This document shows positions 1-11,464 of a stretch of 64,000 nt of DNA, in pieces (position 1 is the first letter of the stretch; every line of letters begins with the position of its first letter). Position numbers and translations under genes: made by a program. Source of the stretch: Macrostomum lignano (taxonomy: Eukaryota); contig NIVC01000428.1 in the NCBI GenBank assembly GCA_002269645.1, positions 237,638 to 301,637 on the forward strand, written 5' to 3'. The notes beneath the pieces are model-generated. The model was not told the origin of the DNA. It made no database searches and saw only the letters and a program-made list of their open reading frames with translations.

Positions 1-637
1 TGAAGGGACGGATTACTAAATGAAGTAGTGGATTACTAAATATAGGAGCGGATTAATAAATAAAGGTGAAGGGGTGGATTACTAAATGAAGTAGTGGATT
101 ACTAAATAAAGTGGTGGATTACTAAATGAAGTGGTGGATTACTAAATGAAAGGGTGGATTACTAAATGAAGTGGTGGATTACTAAATGAAAGGGTGGATT
201 ACTAAATGAAGTGGTGGATTACTAAATGAAAGGGTGGATTACTAAATGAAAGGGTGGATTACTGAATGAAGGGGCGGATTACTAAATGAAGGGGGGATTA
301 CTGAATGAAGAGGCGGATTACTGAATGAAGGGGCGGATTACTAAATTAAGGAGCGGATTACTGAATGAAGAGGCGGATTACTGAATGAATAGGCGGATTA
401 CTAAATTAAGGTGTGGATTACTGAATGAAGGGGCGGATTACTAAATTAAGGGGCGGATTACTGAATGAAGGGGTGGATTACTGAATTAAAATACGGATTA
501 CTGAATGAAGGGGCGGATTACTAAATTAAGGGGCGGATTACTGAATGAAGGGGCGGATTACTAAATTAAGGGGCGGATTACTGAATGAAGGGGCGGATTA
601 CTAAATTAAGGAGCGGATTACTGAATGAAGGGGCGGC
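1..637. repeat. Intronic minisatellite, 19-20 bp unit GGATTACT(A/G)AATGAAGGGGC
   Basis: About 30 tandem copies read directly; the array ends ~30 nt before the CAG acceptor at 665-667. Confidence 0.95.
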
Positions 638-667
638 TCGCCAATGAACGAAGTGGCGCACCCGCAG

Positions 668-1180
668 GTCATCCCGGGCATGGTGTACACTGATTTCATC
701 GGCGTTCTGGCTGGGTTGAACAACACATACGATGGCGTGTACACCATATCCGCCGGTCTCAGAGATCCCCAGCACCTGGGCGAAATCCAGGCATTCAACG
801 GGTCGCGCAGCCTCCACTTCTGGTCGTCGGAGCTCGCCAACCTGGTGATCGGCTCCGACGGCAGTCTGGCTCCGCCGTTCCTCAACAAATCCGCTCTGCT
901 GCCCGCCTTCATCTCCGACATCTGCCGCTCACTCTATGGAGTCTTCGACAGCGAGGTTGATGCGGCTGGCGGCCTCCTCCGGTTGTGGCGATTCACCGGT
1001 CCGGACAGGCTGCTGGCCAACGCCAGCGAGAACCCGGACAATGCGGGCTATTGCACCCCGGCCGGCAACTGTCTTCCCGCCGGCCTGTTCAACCTCACCG
1101 AGTGCAAACGGCTCAACGGCCTTCACATACCTGTGGTGGCCTCTTTGCCGCACTTCCTGCTGGCTGCTCCCGAGATTCAG
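668..1180 (+). CDS. CD36/scavenger receptor class B family protein, internal exon
   Basis: cag|GTC...CAG|gtaatt. Translation has CD36-family motifs: GSDGS..PPF, F.SDICRS, Cys cluster YC..GNCLP.GLFNLT.C, SLPHF. Confidence 0.9.
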
Positions 1181-1202
1181 GTAATTGGATTCCCTGTCTG
1201 CG

Positions 1203-1828
1203 TCCAGATCCCAACCCAGATCTCCATCCCAATCCAGATCCCCATCCCAATCCAGATCCATACATGCGCAACCTTGGGAATCACTCGACCGTTTCTATTG
1301 GCAACACAGACATGTAAGTCGCTATTGGCTGAGAGCAGTCACGTGACTACTATTCCGTCCAATAGCGACTTAAATGTGTGTGTTGCCAATAGAAACGGCC
1401 GGGTGAATCCCTAGGTTGCGCCCAAGCATGTCCAGATCCCCACCCCAATCCAGATCCTCATTCCAATCCAGATCCTCATTCCAATCCAGATCCCCATCCC
1501 AATCCAGATCCCCATCCCAATCCAGATCCCCATCCCAATCCAGATCCCCATCCCAATCCAGATCCCTATCCCAATCCAGATCCCAATCCCAATCCAGATC
1601 CCTATCCCAATCCATATCCCTATCCCAATCCAGATCCCAATCCCAATCCAGATCCCTATCCCAATCCAGATCCCCATCCCAATCCAGATCCCCATCCCAA
1701 TCCAGATCCCCATCCCAATCCAGATCCCTATCCCAATCCAGATCCCAATCCCAATCCAGATCCCTATCCCAATCCATATCCCAATCCCAATCCAGATCCC
1801 CATCCCAATCCAGATCCCAATCCCAATC
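1203..1828. repeat. Intronic minisatellite, 18 bp unit CCAGATCCCCATCCCAAT, interrupted by a TIR element
   Basis: Tandem copies read directly within intron 1181-1872. Confidence 0.95.
1259..1430. mobile_element. 172-bp fold-back MITE, CATACATGCGCAAC left end, 8-bp TSD TCCAGATC
   Basis: Arms 1266-1328 and 1359-1421 are ~90% reverse-complementary. TCCAGATC occurs at 1251-1258 and 1431-1438. The left terminus is identical to that of the element at 45732. Confidence 0.75.
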
Positions 1829-1872
1829 TTGATAACCATCTTAATCGAGATACAAATCCCTTTTCCTCCCAG

Positions 1873-2436
1873 GCCTCGGTACGCGGCCTGTACCCTGACG
1901 ACCGCGCCCACCGCACCTACGTGGACATCGAGCCGCTGAGTGGGGCGGTGCTGCAGCTGTACAAGCGGCTGCAGATCAACCTTCAGCTGGACGCGGGTCC
2001 CGCCTACGCCGCGTTCGCGCCGAATCTCCGGTCCCAGTTCTACCCGATGCTGTGGATAAACGAGAGCGCCGTCGTTGACGTCGACACGGCTAGTCAGTTG
2101 CGTGACCTTCTGCTGACCCCGCAGTTGGTTGCCAAAATCGCTATCGGGGTTGCCATGGGCCTGGGAAGCTTAGTAACAACTGTGGCAACGTTTCTGCTGC
2201 TATTGCAGCGAAGGAGAAACGCAAAAACCACCCAGGCTGATTCGTCACCGACGTCGGGAGCCGTTGAAAACGTCGTCAATGGCGTCGGTGTAAGCGTCGT
2301 CGGGGACGGTTCAGTTAATTGCGCTGTCACGGAGGCAGGCAGCGAAGTCCAGGACAGTGATGCAGTAGTCAGGGACGTCGGCGAAGGCGATCGGACTGGG
2401 CTGCTGGCACAGGAGGAGCCCGTTGCTACGGCCTGA
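1873..2436 (+). CDS. CD36/SR-B family protein, last exon with C-terminal TM helix and tail
   Basis: cccag|GCC in phase 0, matching the upstream donor. HRTYVDIEPLSG, RLQINL, YPMLWINES, hydrophobic IAIGVAMGLGSLVTTVATFLLLL, TGA at 2434-2436. Confidence 0.9.
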   Translation, partial: ASVRGLYPDDRAHRTYVDIEPLSGAVLQLYKRLQINLQLDAGPAYAAFAPNLRSQFYPMLWINESAVVDVDTASQLRDLLLTPQLVAKIAIGVAMGLGSLVTTVATFLLLLQRRRNAKTTQADSSPTSGAVENVVNGVGVSVVGDGSVNCAVTEAGSEVQDSDAVVRDVGEGDRTGLLAQEEPVATA

Positions 2437-2444
2437 TAGGCTCA

Positions 2445-2875
2445 GCCATAGACTATTGAGTGGCTGATGATGAATCGGATGGGAGCCATTGCTAGAGGGA
2501 CAGGTTGGGCCATAGACTATTGAGTGGCTGATGATGGATAGGATGGGAGCCATCGCTAGAGATAGGCCATAGACTATTTAGTGGCTGATGATGGTCTGAG
2601 AGCCATCGCTAGAGGGACAGGTTGGGCCATAGACTATTGAGTGGCTGATGATGGATGGGATAGGAGCCATTGCTAGAGTGACAGGTTGGGCCATAGACTA
2701 TTGAGTGGCTGATGATGGATGGGATAGGAGCCATTGCTAGAGTGACAGGTTGGGCCATAGACTATTGAGTGGCTGATGATGGATGGGATGAGAGCCATTG
2801 CTAGAGTGACAGGTTGGGCCATAGACTATTGAGTGGCTGATGATGAGGGAGCCATTGCTAGAGTGACAAGTTGGC
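2445..2875. repeat. ~62-bp tandem repeat just after the CD36 stop codon
   Basis: About 7 copies of CCATAGACTATTGAGTGGCTGATGATGG...GCTAGAGTGACAGGTTGGG. Confidence 0.9.
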
Positions 2876-4693
2876 CCAAAAGAAGTTTATTTAAAAAGAG
2901 TTTATTTATGATACGAAATTCTGGGTACTTTTTTATTTCCTTCAACCCAGAAGTGATATTATGTCATTTTAAAGTTGAAGTTCGGCTGTGCCATAAAACA
3001 TATCCGAAAAATGCCTAACAAAAACTGTGTGCAATAATTGCATATACAGGACTACTTGTATATTATAGGACTGCTTTATAACATTATGGACGAGAAACAA
3101 TGCTCTCTCCGTAATGTATTTTTCAGTAAAATCTGCCTCCTAAACTTTTCTAAGAAATCAAATTCTCCACCCTTCTACTTGAGTGGTCCTTGATAAACTG
3201 CTGCTATATAGCATATGTAAATTGAGTAACCATTATTTTGATTTTGTAATTTTCTACTTCAATAAATTCTCATGCTTCTTTGCGTTTTCCCTTCTGAATC
3301 TGGTTTTGTATTGCTGAAGCTATTTTTGGGTAATTTTAACACTTAATAAGTGTGTGCAATTTTATGCCGAAAAGATTGTCATTCACGAATTATTTGTAAA
3401 TAAGAGCCAGAGTTCTTTTAATGAAAAAGGCTAAATTCGATAATTGTCTTTCTTATCGATTTCTCATCCAATATATCTTAATGAAAAAATTCTTAATAAA
3501 GCAACAAAAACAAGGGTACGATTTACATTTTTTCAGAAAAAAATAAATAGATTTTTCATACAATACAAATATTAAGTGTCTATTTCTTAGATAGATTCTT
3601 TGTGCTCAGAAGCTCTGACTAGAAATTGCAAGCATTGGTGATAAATAGAAGTTAAGAAAAGAGAATATTCCTTCATCAGGTGATATTAATAATAAACAAG
3701 ATTAGAGTGAAAGGATAAGCAAGAAGGCAGGGAAAGCATGCATTTATAATGTACGGCCATCCAACATTGCACTACAGTTTGGTTCGCAGAGTGACAAAGG
3801 CCGCCAGTGCGCGGTGGTACTTGGGATGGTCGGCGCCCTGTTGGTGCCGCACGTACTCAGCTGTGACCGCCAAATTGTCATCAAACAGCTGATAGATTGC
3901 CGGCACGTGCGACTGGCCTCCATCGGGGCTGCTTGGCCAAGCCGCGGGGCTGAAATTTTCAAATGCGTGGATGCCTGCTTTAGAGTGTACAGTTTGAGAT
4001 TTGCTGCGCCAACCCCCAACTCGCGCTTATTGGTTGGCGATACGGCAGCCAATCAGATGGATCGATCGTGGAGTGAGGTGGCTGCGATAGCTCGTTAGAT
4101 ATTTAAAGGTCCCCAAAGGAAATACTTCAGTATACCACTCGTACTTTAAAGCAAAGCCTGATTCGAAAGAGCAATGTTTTTTTCAAAGGAAGAATACAAC
4201 AACAAAAAACACTGACGAATAATTAATAAACAGACATAACGGGTAGACTCAATGGATTGATTGGGCAGCTTATTTTTACCGCTTGCTTACCCAGCATCAA
4301 TTAAACTGTCTCTACACTGTGAAAATCGAGACAACAGATATTTAAAAATGTTTAATTTAGAAGTAAATAATTGCAATATTTACCCTTTAAAGCTACTATT
4401 AAACTTCAGTTAGTAGTATTGGCGCGCAGCATCAACTTGCTGGAATTTATCTACCTATAATCGTTCCCGCCCTTTCACGGAACCGCTGCGTGCGGCCCTT
4501 GTTACTGCTTATCTTGTTTTATTGCCATTCTCGGGTTACCTGTCCCTCCCTGTACGGGGGGCAATGTACATTCCTCACACCAATAAAGGCGTGTCACGTG
4601 ACTTCTATTAGACAGTTAGCCTTACCCAGGCTCGTGGAAAATCAATATGCTAAAAATAGACATTATCGATTAGTTAAACGAACAGCCTTCAAC

Positions 4694-4832
4694 TCACTCG
4701 GGCATGCAGGCCGGCTCCGCAGCGGTGCCCCCCGCCGTCGCCTCCGCCTCGAACTGGCCGCATTCGACAAGGTCCGCCTGACTGCGCCGGACGCCCATCT
4801 CGGTGGCGTCGCCGGTGTCGGCACCGTCAGCG
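4694..4832 (-). CDS. Candidate alternative terminal exon of the cadherin gene (SADGADTGD...CMPE*)
   Basis: ccgcag acceptor; phase-2 compatible with the donor at 6235; GC-rich open frame ending in TGA at 4694-4696. Confidence 0.45.
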
Positions 4833-5434
4833 CTGCGGCAGTATTGTTGTTGCAGCAAATAGTTTTTAAAAATTAGTTGTGTTAGAATAGAAAGCGTTCA
4901 AAGCAAATTAGTGACTACTGTATTAAGCAAGGCCAGTTAGAATCTTATAACACAAATATAAAGGCTGCTGAAAAAATGGTCTCAATAATTACCCGATCCT
5001 CTAGCGCCCCGTGTCATTCTGGCGTCCCTTGTGCCCTTCTGACGCACCTTGTGCCCTTTTTGGCGCCTATTGCCCCCTTCTGAAGTCATTTGTCCCCTTT
5101 TGAAATCCCTTTTCTACCTCTGGTGTCTCGTGCCCGCTCTAGAGCCGTCTCCTTCTCTGACATCACACCAGGCATCAGCCGAAAACAACAGAAGCCAACA
5201 AAAGTACATCGAGAACTACTACTATGACTAACTGTTTTAGGGAATTTTGAGTTGCACTCAACAACTGCATGCAGTAACTAAGCTTTGAAAAAAAAAATAA
5301 TAATTTATTGCACTTCAAAAAAACAAAAAACATTCGAATGGATTTAGAATTTCGATTTAGGAAACAGGCTATGTTTGTTAGTAATGCGTTATTAAAAATA
5401 CAATTATGTAGGATGACTATATCTAAAAGAAGTT

Positions 5435-5576
5435 CTAAAAGTCCGAGACGGGCATGGACACGGAGAGAGTCTGGTAGGCCGGGTCTGGCGCCAGCTGCTG
5501 GGACACGTAGATCGCCGCTGACCCGTCTGGCTGCGAGTGGCTGCCGCTGAGGGCACTGCGAGCGATTCGAGCTGGA
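5435..5576 (-). CDS. Cadherin-related protein, terminal exon (cytoplasmic tail ...AYQTLSVSMPVSDF*)
   Basis: ctcag acceptor at 5577-5578; phase 2 matches the donor at 6235; TAG at 5435-5437. Confidence 0.65.
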
Positions 5577-5654
5577 CTGAGTTAGACTCGGGGGGATGAA
5601 GGATGATTCTCCACTAGAGCCTGAAAACCCCCTAGCGACCTGTCTCCTTCCCTT

Positions 5655-6080
5655 TTCTGGCGCTCCTTTACCCATTCTGGCGCTCCTTTACCCATTCTGG
5701 CTCCCCTTGTCCCCATTCTGGCTCCCCTTGTCCCCATTCTGGCTCTCCTTGTCCCCATTCTGGCTCTCCTTGTCCCTATTCTGGCTCTCCTTGTCCCCAT
5801 TCTGGCTCTCCTTGTCCCCATTCTGGCTCACCTTGTCCCCATTCTGGCGCTCCTTGTCCCCATTCTGGCGCTCCTTGTCCCCATTCTGGCGCTCCTTGTC
5901 CCCATTCTGGCGCTCCTTGTCCCCATTCTGGCGCTCCTTGTCCCCATTCTGGCTCTCCTTGTCCCCATTCTGGCTCACCTTGTCCCCATTCTGGCTCCCC
6001 TTGTCCCCATTCTGGCGCTCCTTGTCCCCATTCTGGCTCTCCTTGTCCCCATTCTGGCGCTCCTTGTCCCCATTCTGGCT
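5655..6080. repeat. Intronic minisatellite, 21 bp unit GGCGCTCCTTGTCCCCATTCT
   Basis: About 20 tandem copies. Confidence 0.95.
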
Positions 6081-6234
6081 CAGATCGCCGTTGACTCTTC
6101 ATGTCGCCGTTCATGGCGCCCCGTCCCCTCTCGTCTTCATACTACTTGAAGTCGCAAATAAGTAGTCTGTTTTGTGAATAAATTCGATCACTGATAAATA
6201 CACTAAATCAAAATTTCCCGAGGAAGCAACTCAC

Positions 6235-6692
6235 GACTCCGGCCCGACTTCCGGCGGCGGCGGGTGCTGCCCGTTGGAGAAGATGGGGTTGGTCTTCTGC
6301 TGCAGGCTCTCGATGGTTGCCAGACGCTCCGCGGCCAGCGCCTTCAGGCGGGACCGCTCGAACAGGAACCAGCCGAGCAGCAGGCCCAGCACAGAGGCGA
6401 TCACCGCCAGCAGTGCGCAGGCCACGATCAGCCCCAGCGGCGCCGGCTGGACCAGCGGCTCCGTCGTTGCCGCTGTTGTCTCGCTTGTTGTTGCAGCTTC
6501 GTACGTCGTGGCGTTCAGCGAGTCCAACGACGTGACCGAATCGGGCGTTGTCAGCGAGGTTGAGCCACTCGTCGAGGTCGACGGCGCTTCGGTAGTTGGC
6601 GCCTGGGCGATAAGACTGGAGTTGACTGGCAGGACAACGGTTTCCATGGTAACAGTCTGATTGCCACTGCTGCTGATCTGTGTGGTTCGAAG
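6235..6692 (-). CDS. Cadherin-related protein exon: Ser/Thr-rich stalk plus TM helix
   Basis: ttccag acceptor and TC|gtgagt donor. LGLIVACALLAVIASVLGLLLGWFLF followed by basic ERSRLK. Confidence 0.85.
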
Positions 6693-6824
6693 CTGGAAGT
6701 TAGTAGTCAGAGTGGGGCATTGCATTATTTTTTTGTACCAGAGTCAAGCTGCCCAGAGCCTCTCCCTACCCTGCATACAGGAGGCTGTATTATATATATA
6801 TATTATTAAAGACATGGACATCAC

Positions 6825-7152
6825 CTCAACCGTTGCGTGGCTGTCGTTAATCATCCAGACTGCCGATGCGGCTACTGAGGCGTTCCACGACTCCGCTGGC
6901 GCAGCAGAAGTTGCCATTGTTGAAGTCGTGGAGGTCGTCGTCGTTGTCGTCGTGGTGCTTGTCGTCGAACTGCTGGTTGTTGAAGTAGGCGCCTGGCTGC
7001 TGCTGCTGGTGACAGCGTCTGACGAAGTGGTCGCCACGGTGCTGGCGCTGCTGCTGGTGGAGCTCGTCAGGCGCACCGACACCGAGACGGTGGAACGGCG
7101 CCGCGCAGACGACGGCTCCGCACGGTCCTCCGCCACGACGTTTAAGACGAAG
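6825..7152 (-). CDS. Cadherin-related protein exon: end of EC5 plus Thr/Ser mucin-like run
   Basis: caccag acceptor in phase 2; FVLNVVAED...VSVRLT then a poly-Thr/Ser stretch; GAG|gtgatg donor in phase 0. Confidence 0.8.
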
Positions 7153-7187
7153 CTGGTGAAGGTTTTTGTGCATTGATCAGGTAAGGT

Positions 7188-7707
7188 GTCACTCTTCTCA
7201 AACTGGCACTCTTCTCAAACTGGCACTCTTCTCTTCTCAAACTGGCACTCTTCTCAAACTGGCACTCTTCTCAAACTGGCACTCTTCTCAAACTGGCACT
7301 CTTCTCAAACTGGCACTCTTCTCAAACTGGCACTCTTCTCAAACTGGCACTCTTCTCAAACTGGCACTCTTCTCAAACTGGCACTCTTCTCAAACTGGCA
7401 CTCTTCTCAAACTGGCACTCTTCTCAAACTGGCACTCTTCTCAAACTGGCACTCTTCTCAAACTGGCACTCTTCTCAAACTGGCACTCTTCTCAAACTGG
7501 CACTCTTCTCAAACTGGCACTCTTCTCAAACTGGCACTCTTCTCAAACTGGCACTCTTCTCAAACTGGCACTCTTCTCAAACTGGCACTCTTCTCAAACT
7601 GGCACTCTTCTCAAACTGGCACTCTTCTCAAACTGGCACTCTTCTCAAACTGGCACTCTTCTCAAACTGGCACTCTTCTCAAACTGGCACTCTTCTCAAA
7701 CTGGCAC
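7188..7707. repeat. Intronic minisatellite, 17 bp unit TGGCACTCTTCTCAAAC
   Basis: About 30 near-perfect copies. Confidence 0.97.
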
Positions 7708-7768
7708 AGGTCAAACACAGACAAAAATGGCACCAGCTCCATCAAAATGCATCCTCCTGTTGGCTCAC

Positions 7769-8130
7769 AGATCCCCGGGCGCAGATGACAGTCCAGCCGC
7801 TGCCGTCAGCAGTCCGCTGCCCGAGTCCAAGTTGAACAAAGACTCAGCCCCGGGCACGCTGACAAAGACTATACTGAATGTCAGCTGACCGTTAATTCCA
7901 GAATCCGCGTCCGTAGCAACCAGCGTGTGCAGGGCGGCTCCAGGCGTAGCGACCGAGCGGTCCAGGCTGATGCTGATGCCCGAGGCGTTGGCGAAGACCG
8001 GCGAGTTGTCGTTGACGTCGGTCAGGCGGATGGTCAGGCGGGACGGCGTCGAGGCAAAACGCTCGGGCGTGGCCGTCTCCTCCGACCAGACCTTCGGGGA
8101 GGCCATTGGTTGCTGCGTATAGCTACTGAC
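7769..8130 (-). CDS. Cadherin-related protein exon (EC4/EC5)
   Basis: gaacag acceptor; LTDVNDNSPVF and ATDADSGINGQLTFSI; CT|gtgagc donor. Confidence 0.9.
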
Positions 8131-8164
8131 CTGTTCGGTTAATTAACTAGTCGAAGGGGCAACT

Positions 8165-8485
8165 TATCCACTCCGAATCCCGAATTATCCATCCCGAATC
8201 CCGACGTAATTATTCCGAATCCCGAATTATCCATCCCGAATCCCGAATTATCCATCCTGAATCCCGGCTTATCCATCCCGAATCCCGACTTATCCATCCT
8301 GAATCCCGAATTATCCATCCTGAATCCCGAATTATCCATCCCGAATCCCGAATTATCCATCCTGAATCCCGAATTATCCATCCTGAATCCCGAATTATCC
8401 ATCCCGAATCCCGAATTATCCATCCCGAATCCCGACTTATCCATCCCGAATCCCGAATTATCCATCCCGAATCCCGAATTATCCC
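8165..8485. repeat. Intronic minisatellite, ~21 bp unit ATCCCGAATTATCCATCCCGA
   Basis: Tandem copies read directly. Confidence 0.9.
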
Positions 8486-8640
8486 GACAGACACTAAGTG
8501 ATTATGTTGCGGTGGGCGGAATCGAATCCGGGACCTTACAGCTACACGATTCATCCCTTCCTGATCCCAAGTCAGATACCAGGCGACCCCGCATCCAGTC
8601 TTGGTACTTTCAGTAGGTCAATGGGAAAAACTGAACTCAC

Positions 8641-8775
8641 TGTAACATTGAACTCTGGCGTTGCCTCCCGGTCCAGCAGGCTGGCGTTGGCCACAGTCAC
8701 GTGACCGCTGTTGGGATCGATTTGAAAGGCGCCACTGGGATCGGCCAGCAGATAGCTGACTGTGGAGTTCTCGCC
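8641..8775 (-). CDS. Cadherin-related protein exon (EC4)
   Basis: tgcag acceptor; FQIDPNSGHVTV...LLDRE; ACA|gtgagt donor; 135 nt, phase 0/0. Confidence 0.9.
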
Positions 8776-8819
8776 CTGCAACGGTCATTGGGATGATTCA
8801 GAGTCTTGGGACCACGAAT

Positions 8820-9300
8820 TTGGAACTCCCACAAAACTGGAAATCCTACAAAACTGGAAATCCCACAAGACTAGAAATCCCAAAAGACTGGAAATCCTGC
8901 AAAACTGGAAATCCCACAAATCTGGAAATCCCACAAAGCAGGAAATCCCACAAAGCTGGAAATCCCACAAAGCAGGAAATCCCACAAAATTGGAAATCCC
9001 ACAAAGCAGGAAATCCCACAAAACTGGAAATCCAACAAAACTGGAAATCCCACAAAACTGGAAATCCCACAATACTGGAAATCCCACAAAGACAGGAAAT
9101 CCCTCGAGACAGGAAATCCCACAAAACTAGAAATCCCACAAAACTGGAAATCCCACAAAACTGGAAATCCCACAAAACTGGAAATCCCACAATACTGGAA
9201 ATCCCTCGAGACAGGAAATCCCTCGAGACAGGAAATCCCACAAAATTGGAAACCCTGCAAGACTGGAAATCCCATAAGAATGGAAATCCCTGTGAAATTC
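8820..9300. repeat. Intronic minisatellite, ~17 bp unit TGGAAATCCCACAAAAC
   Basis: Tandem, moderately diverged copies. Confidence 0.9.
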
Positions 9301-9384
9301 CCGTGACTGGAAATCTCGTAAGGCTAGCGGTATTTCCTGGATTCGAAGTACATGATGCAACAACGAGCCGAGAGTTGAGCTCAC

Positions 9385-9561
9385 CAGGTCTCTGTCGGTG
9401 GCGGACACGCCAATGACAAAAGTTCCAGCGGGCGAATTCTCTACTATGGTGACTGAGTAGTCTGTTGCAGACATGACCGGAGCGTTGTCGTTTCTGTCTC
9501 CGACCGTCACCAGCACCAGGGCCAGCGCCACCCGGGTGGCGGGCTTGTCGGTTTGATAGCC
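9385..9561 (-). CDS. Cadherin-related protein exon (EC3/EC4)
   Basis: cccgcag acceptor; VGDRNDNAPVM, VENSPAGT, ATDRD; CTG|gtgagc donor. Confidence 0.9.
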
Positions 9562-9599
9562 CTGCGGGATATTTTAGGGATATTTGCCCAACTTCATTC

Positions 9600-10680
9600 T
9601 GATTCGGGATCGGGATTCGGGATCGGGATTCGGGATCGGGATTCGGGATCGGGATTCGGGATCGGGATTCGGGATCGGGATTCGGGATCGGGATTCGGGA
9701 TCGGGATTCGGGATCGGGATTCGGGATCGGGATTCGGGATCGGGATTCGGGATCGGGATTCGGGATCGGGATCGGGATTCGGGATCGGGATTCGGGATCG
9801 GGATTCGGGATCGGGATTCGGGATCGGGATTCGGGATCGGGATTCGGGATCGGGATTCGGGATCGGGATTCGGGATCGGGATTCGGGATCGGGATTCGGG
9901 ATCGGGATTCGGGATCGGGATTCGGGATCGGGATTCGGGATCGGGATTCGGGATCGGGATTCGGGATCGGGATTCGGGATCGGGATTCGGGATCGGGATT
10001 CGGGATCGGGATTCGGGATCGGGATTCGGGATCGGGATTCGGGATCGGGATTCGGGATCGGGATTCGGGATCGGGATTCGGGATCGGGATTCGGGATCGG
10101 GATTCGGGATCGGGATTCGGGATCGGGATTCGGGATCGGGATTCGGGATCGGGATTCGGGATCGGGATTCGGGATCGGGATTCGGGATCGGGATTCGGGA
10201 TCGGGATTCGGGATCGGGATTCGGGATCGGGATTCGGGATCGGGATTCGGGATCGGGATTCGGGATCGGGATTCGGGATCGGGATTCGGGATCGGGATTC
10301 GGGATCGGGATTCGGGATCGGGATTCGGGATCGGGATTCGGGATCGGGATTCGGGATCGGGATTCGGGATCGGGATTCGGGATCGGGATTCGGGATCGGG
10401 ATTCGGGATCGGGATTCGGGATCGGGATTCGGGATCGGGATTCGGGATCGGGATTCGGGATCGGGATTCGGGATCGGGATTCGGGATCGGGATTCGGGAT
10501 CGGGATTCGGGATCGGGATTCGGGATCGGGATTCGGGATCGGGATTCGGGATCGGGATTCGGGATCGGGATTCGGGATCGGGATTCGGGATCGGGATTCG
10601 GGATCGGGATTCGGGATCGGGATTCGGGATCGGGATCGGGATCGGGATTCGGGATCGGGATCGGGATCGGGATCGAGATC
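9600..10680. repeat. Intronic 13-bp minisatellite (GGGATTCGGGATC)n, G-quadruplex-prone
   Basis: About 80 near-perfect copies filling almost all of intron 9562-10686. Confidence 0.97.
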
Positions 10681-10686
10681 GCGTAC

Positions 10687-10805
10687 CTTGACCAGCACAA
10701 ACAGCTGGCTGGCTGGCAGACTCTCCCTGTCGATGAGGCTGACGATGCTGAACTGGCCCGTGGTGGAGTTGATGGCGATGAAGCTGGTGTTGTCAATCTG
10801 CGAGC
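10687..10805 (-). CDS. Cadherin-related protein exon (EC3)
   Basis: actcag acceptor in phase 1; FIAINSTTGQFSIVSLIDRE; AAG|gtacgc donor. Confidence 0.88.
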
Positions 10806-11044
10806 CTGAGTGTGCGGAATGGCATTTGAGAAGGTGAGATTGTTTGAAGGAAAAAAACAGGAAAGTTTTAATTTTGTGAGATTGAGTGAGTTGTAAAAAA
10901 GATTTACAATTATATTTAAAGCACATTGTTACGCACCAAACTAAGCGAATTAAAGCAATAAAACAAAATGCCAAAAATTAGCAGCTCTAAATGTTCGAAC
11001 ACGAGACCCGTACAAAATCGCAATTATTAATTTTTTATCTGGAA

Positions 11045-11150
11045 GGCAACTAAACTGGTGGCCCTGGAAACCAAACTGGTGGCCCTGGCAAGCAAACTGG
11101 GGGCCCTGGCAACCAAACTGGTGGCCTGGTAACCAAAACTACGACCCTAG
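11045..11150. repeat. Short 20-bp tandem repeat AACCAAACTGGTGGCCCTGG
   Basis: 4-5 diverged copies. Confidence 0.75.
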
Positions 11151-11361
11151 CAATAAAGTGGCACGCCCGTTTGACACCCTGTTTAGTATTAGATAACTCA
11201 TTAATAGAATACTTGGATTAGTTCTCAATAAATATATTTCATTACCTGCCGAATTCCACCAATAAGCTGGAAAATTAGGGCAGAATTTCTCAGTTCTTTC
11301 ACTTCAATAGAATTTATTTATTATTAAGACGAATCACCACGTCAAACACCTGTTAGCTTAC

Positions 11362-11464
11362 CGGAAACGATAGCATAATTTATGGTCTCGTTGATGCCCA
11401 CATCCTGATCGAGGGCCAGCAGCGGTGGGCTGGCCGTCAGCGGCGAGTTCATGTAAGCGGTGTT
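11362..11464 (-). CDS. Cadherin-related protein exon (EC3) with a duplicated acceptor 51 nt upstream
   Basis: atccag acceptor; LALDQDVGINETINYAIVS; G|gtaagc donor in phase 1. Confidence 0.85.

Noticed and set aside
3744-4098. Overlapping ~100-aa ORFs in a GC-richer patch
   Set aside because: No recognisable motif, no good ATG and no consistent splice phase.
5049-5231. Plus-strand ORF ending KYIENYYYD*
   Set aside because: It is antisense to the cadherin 3' region, with no start or acceptor support.
9600-10680. GGGATT as a telomere-related repeat; strand-biased G-quadruplexes
   Set aside because: GGGATT is the mirror image, not the complement, of TTAGGG. G-rich strands of the intronic arrays fall on both template and non-template strands.
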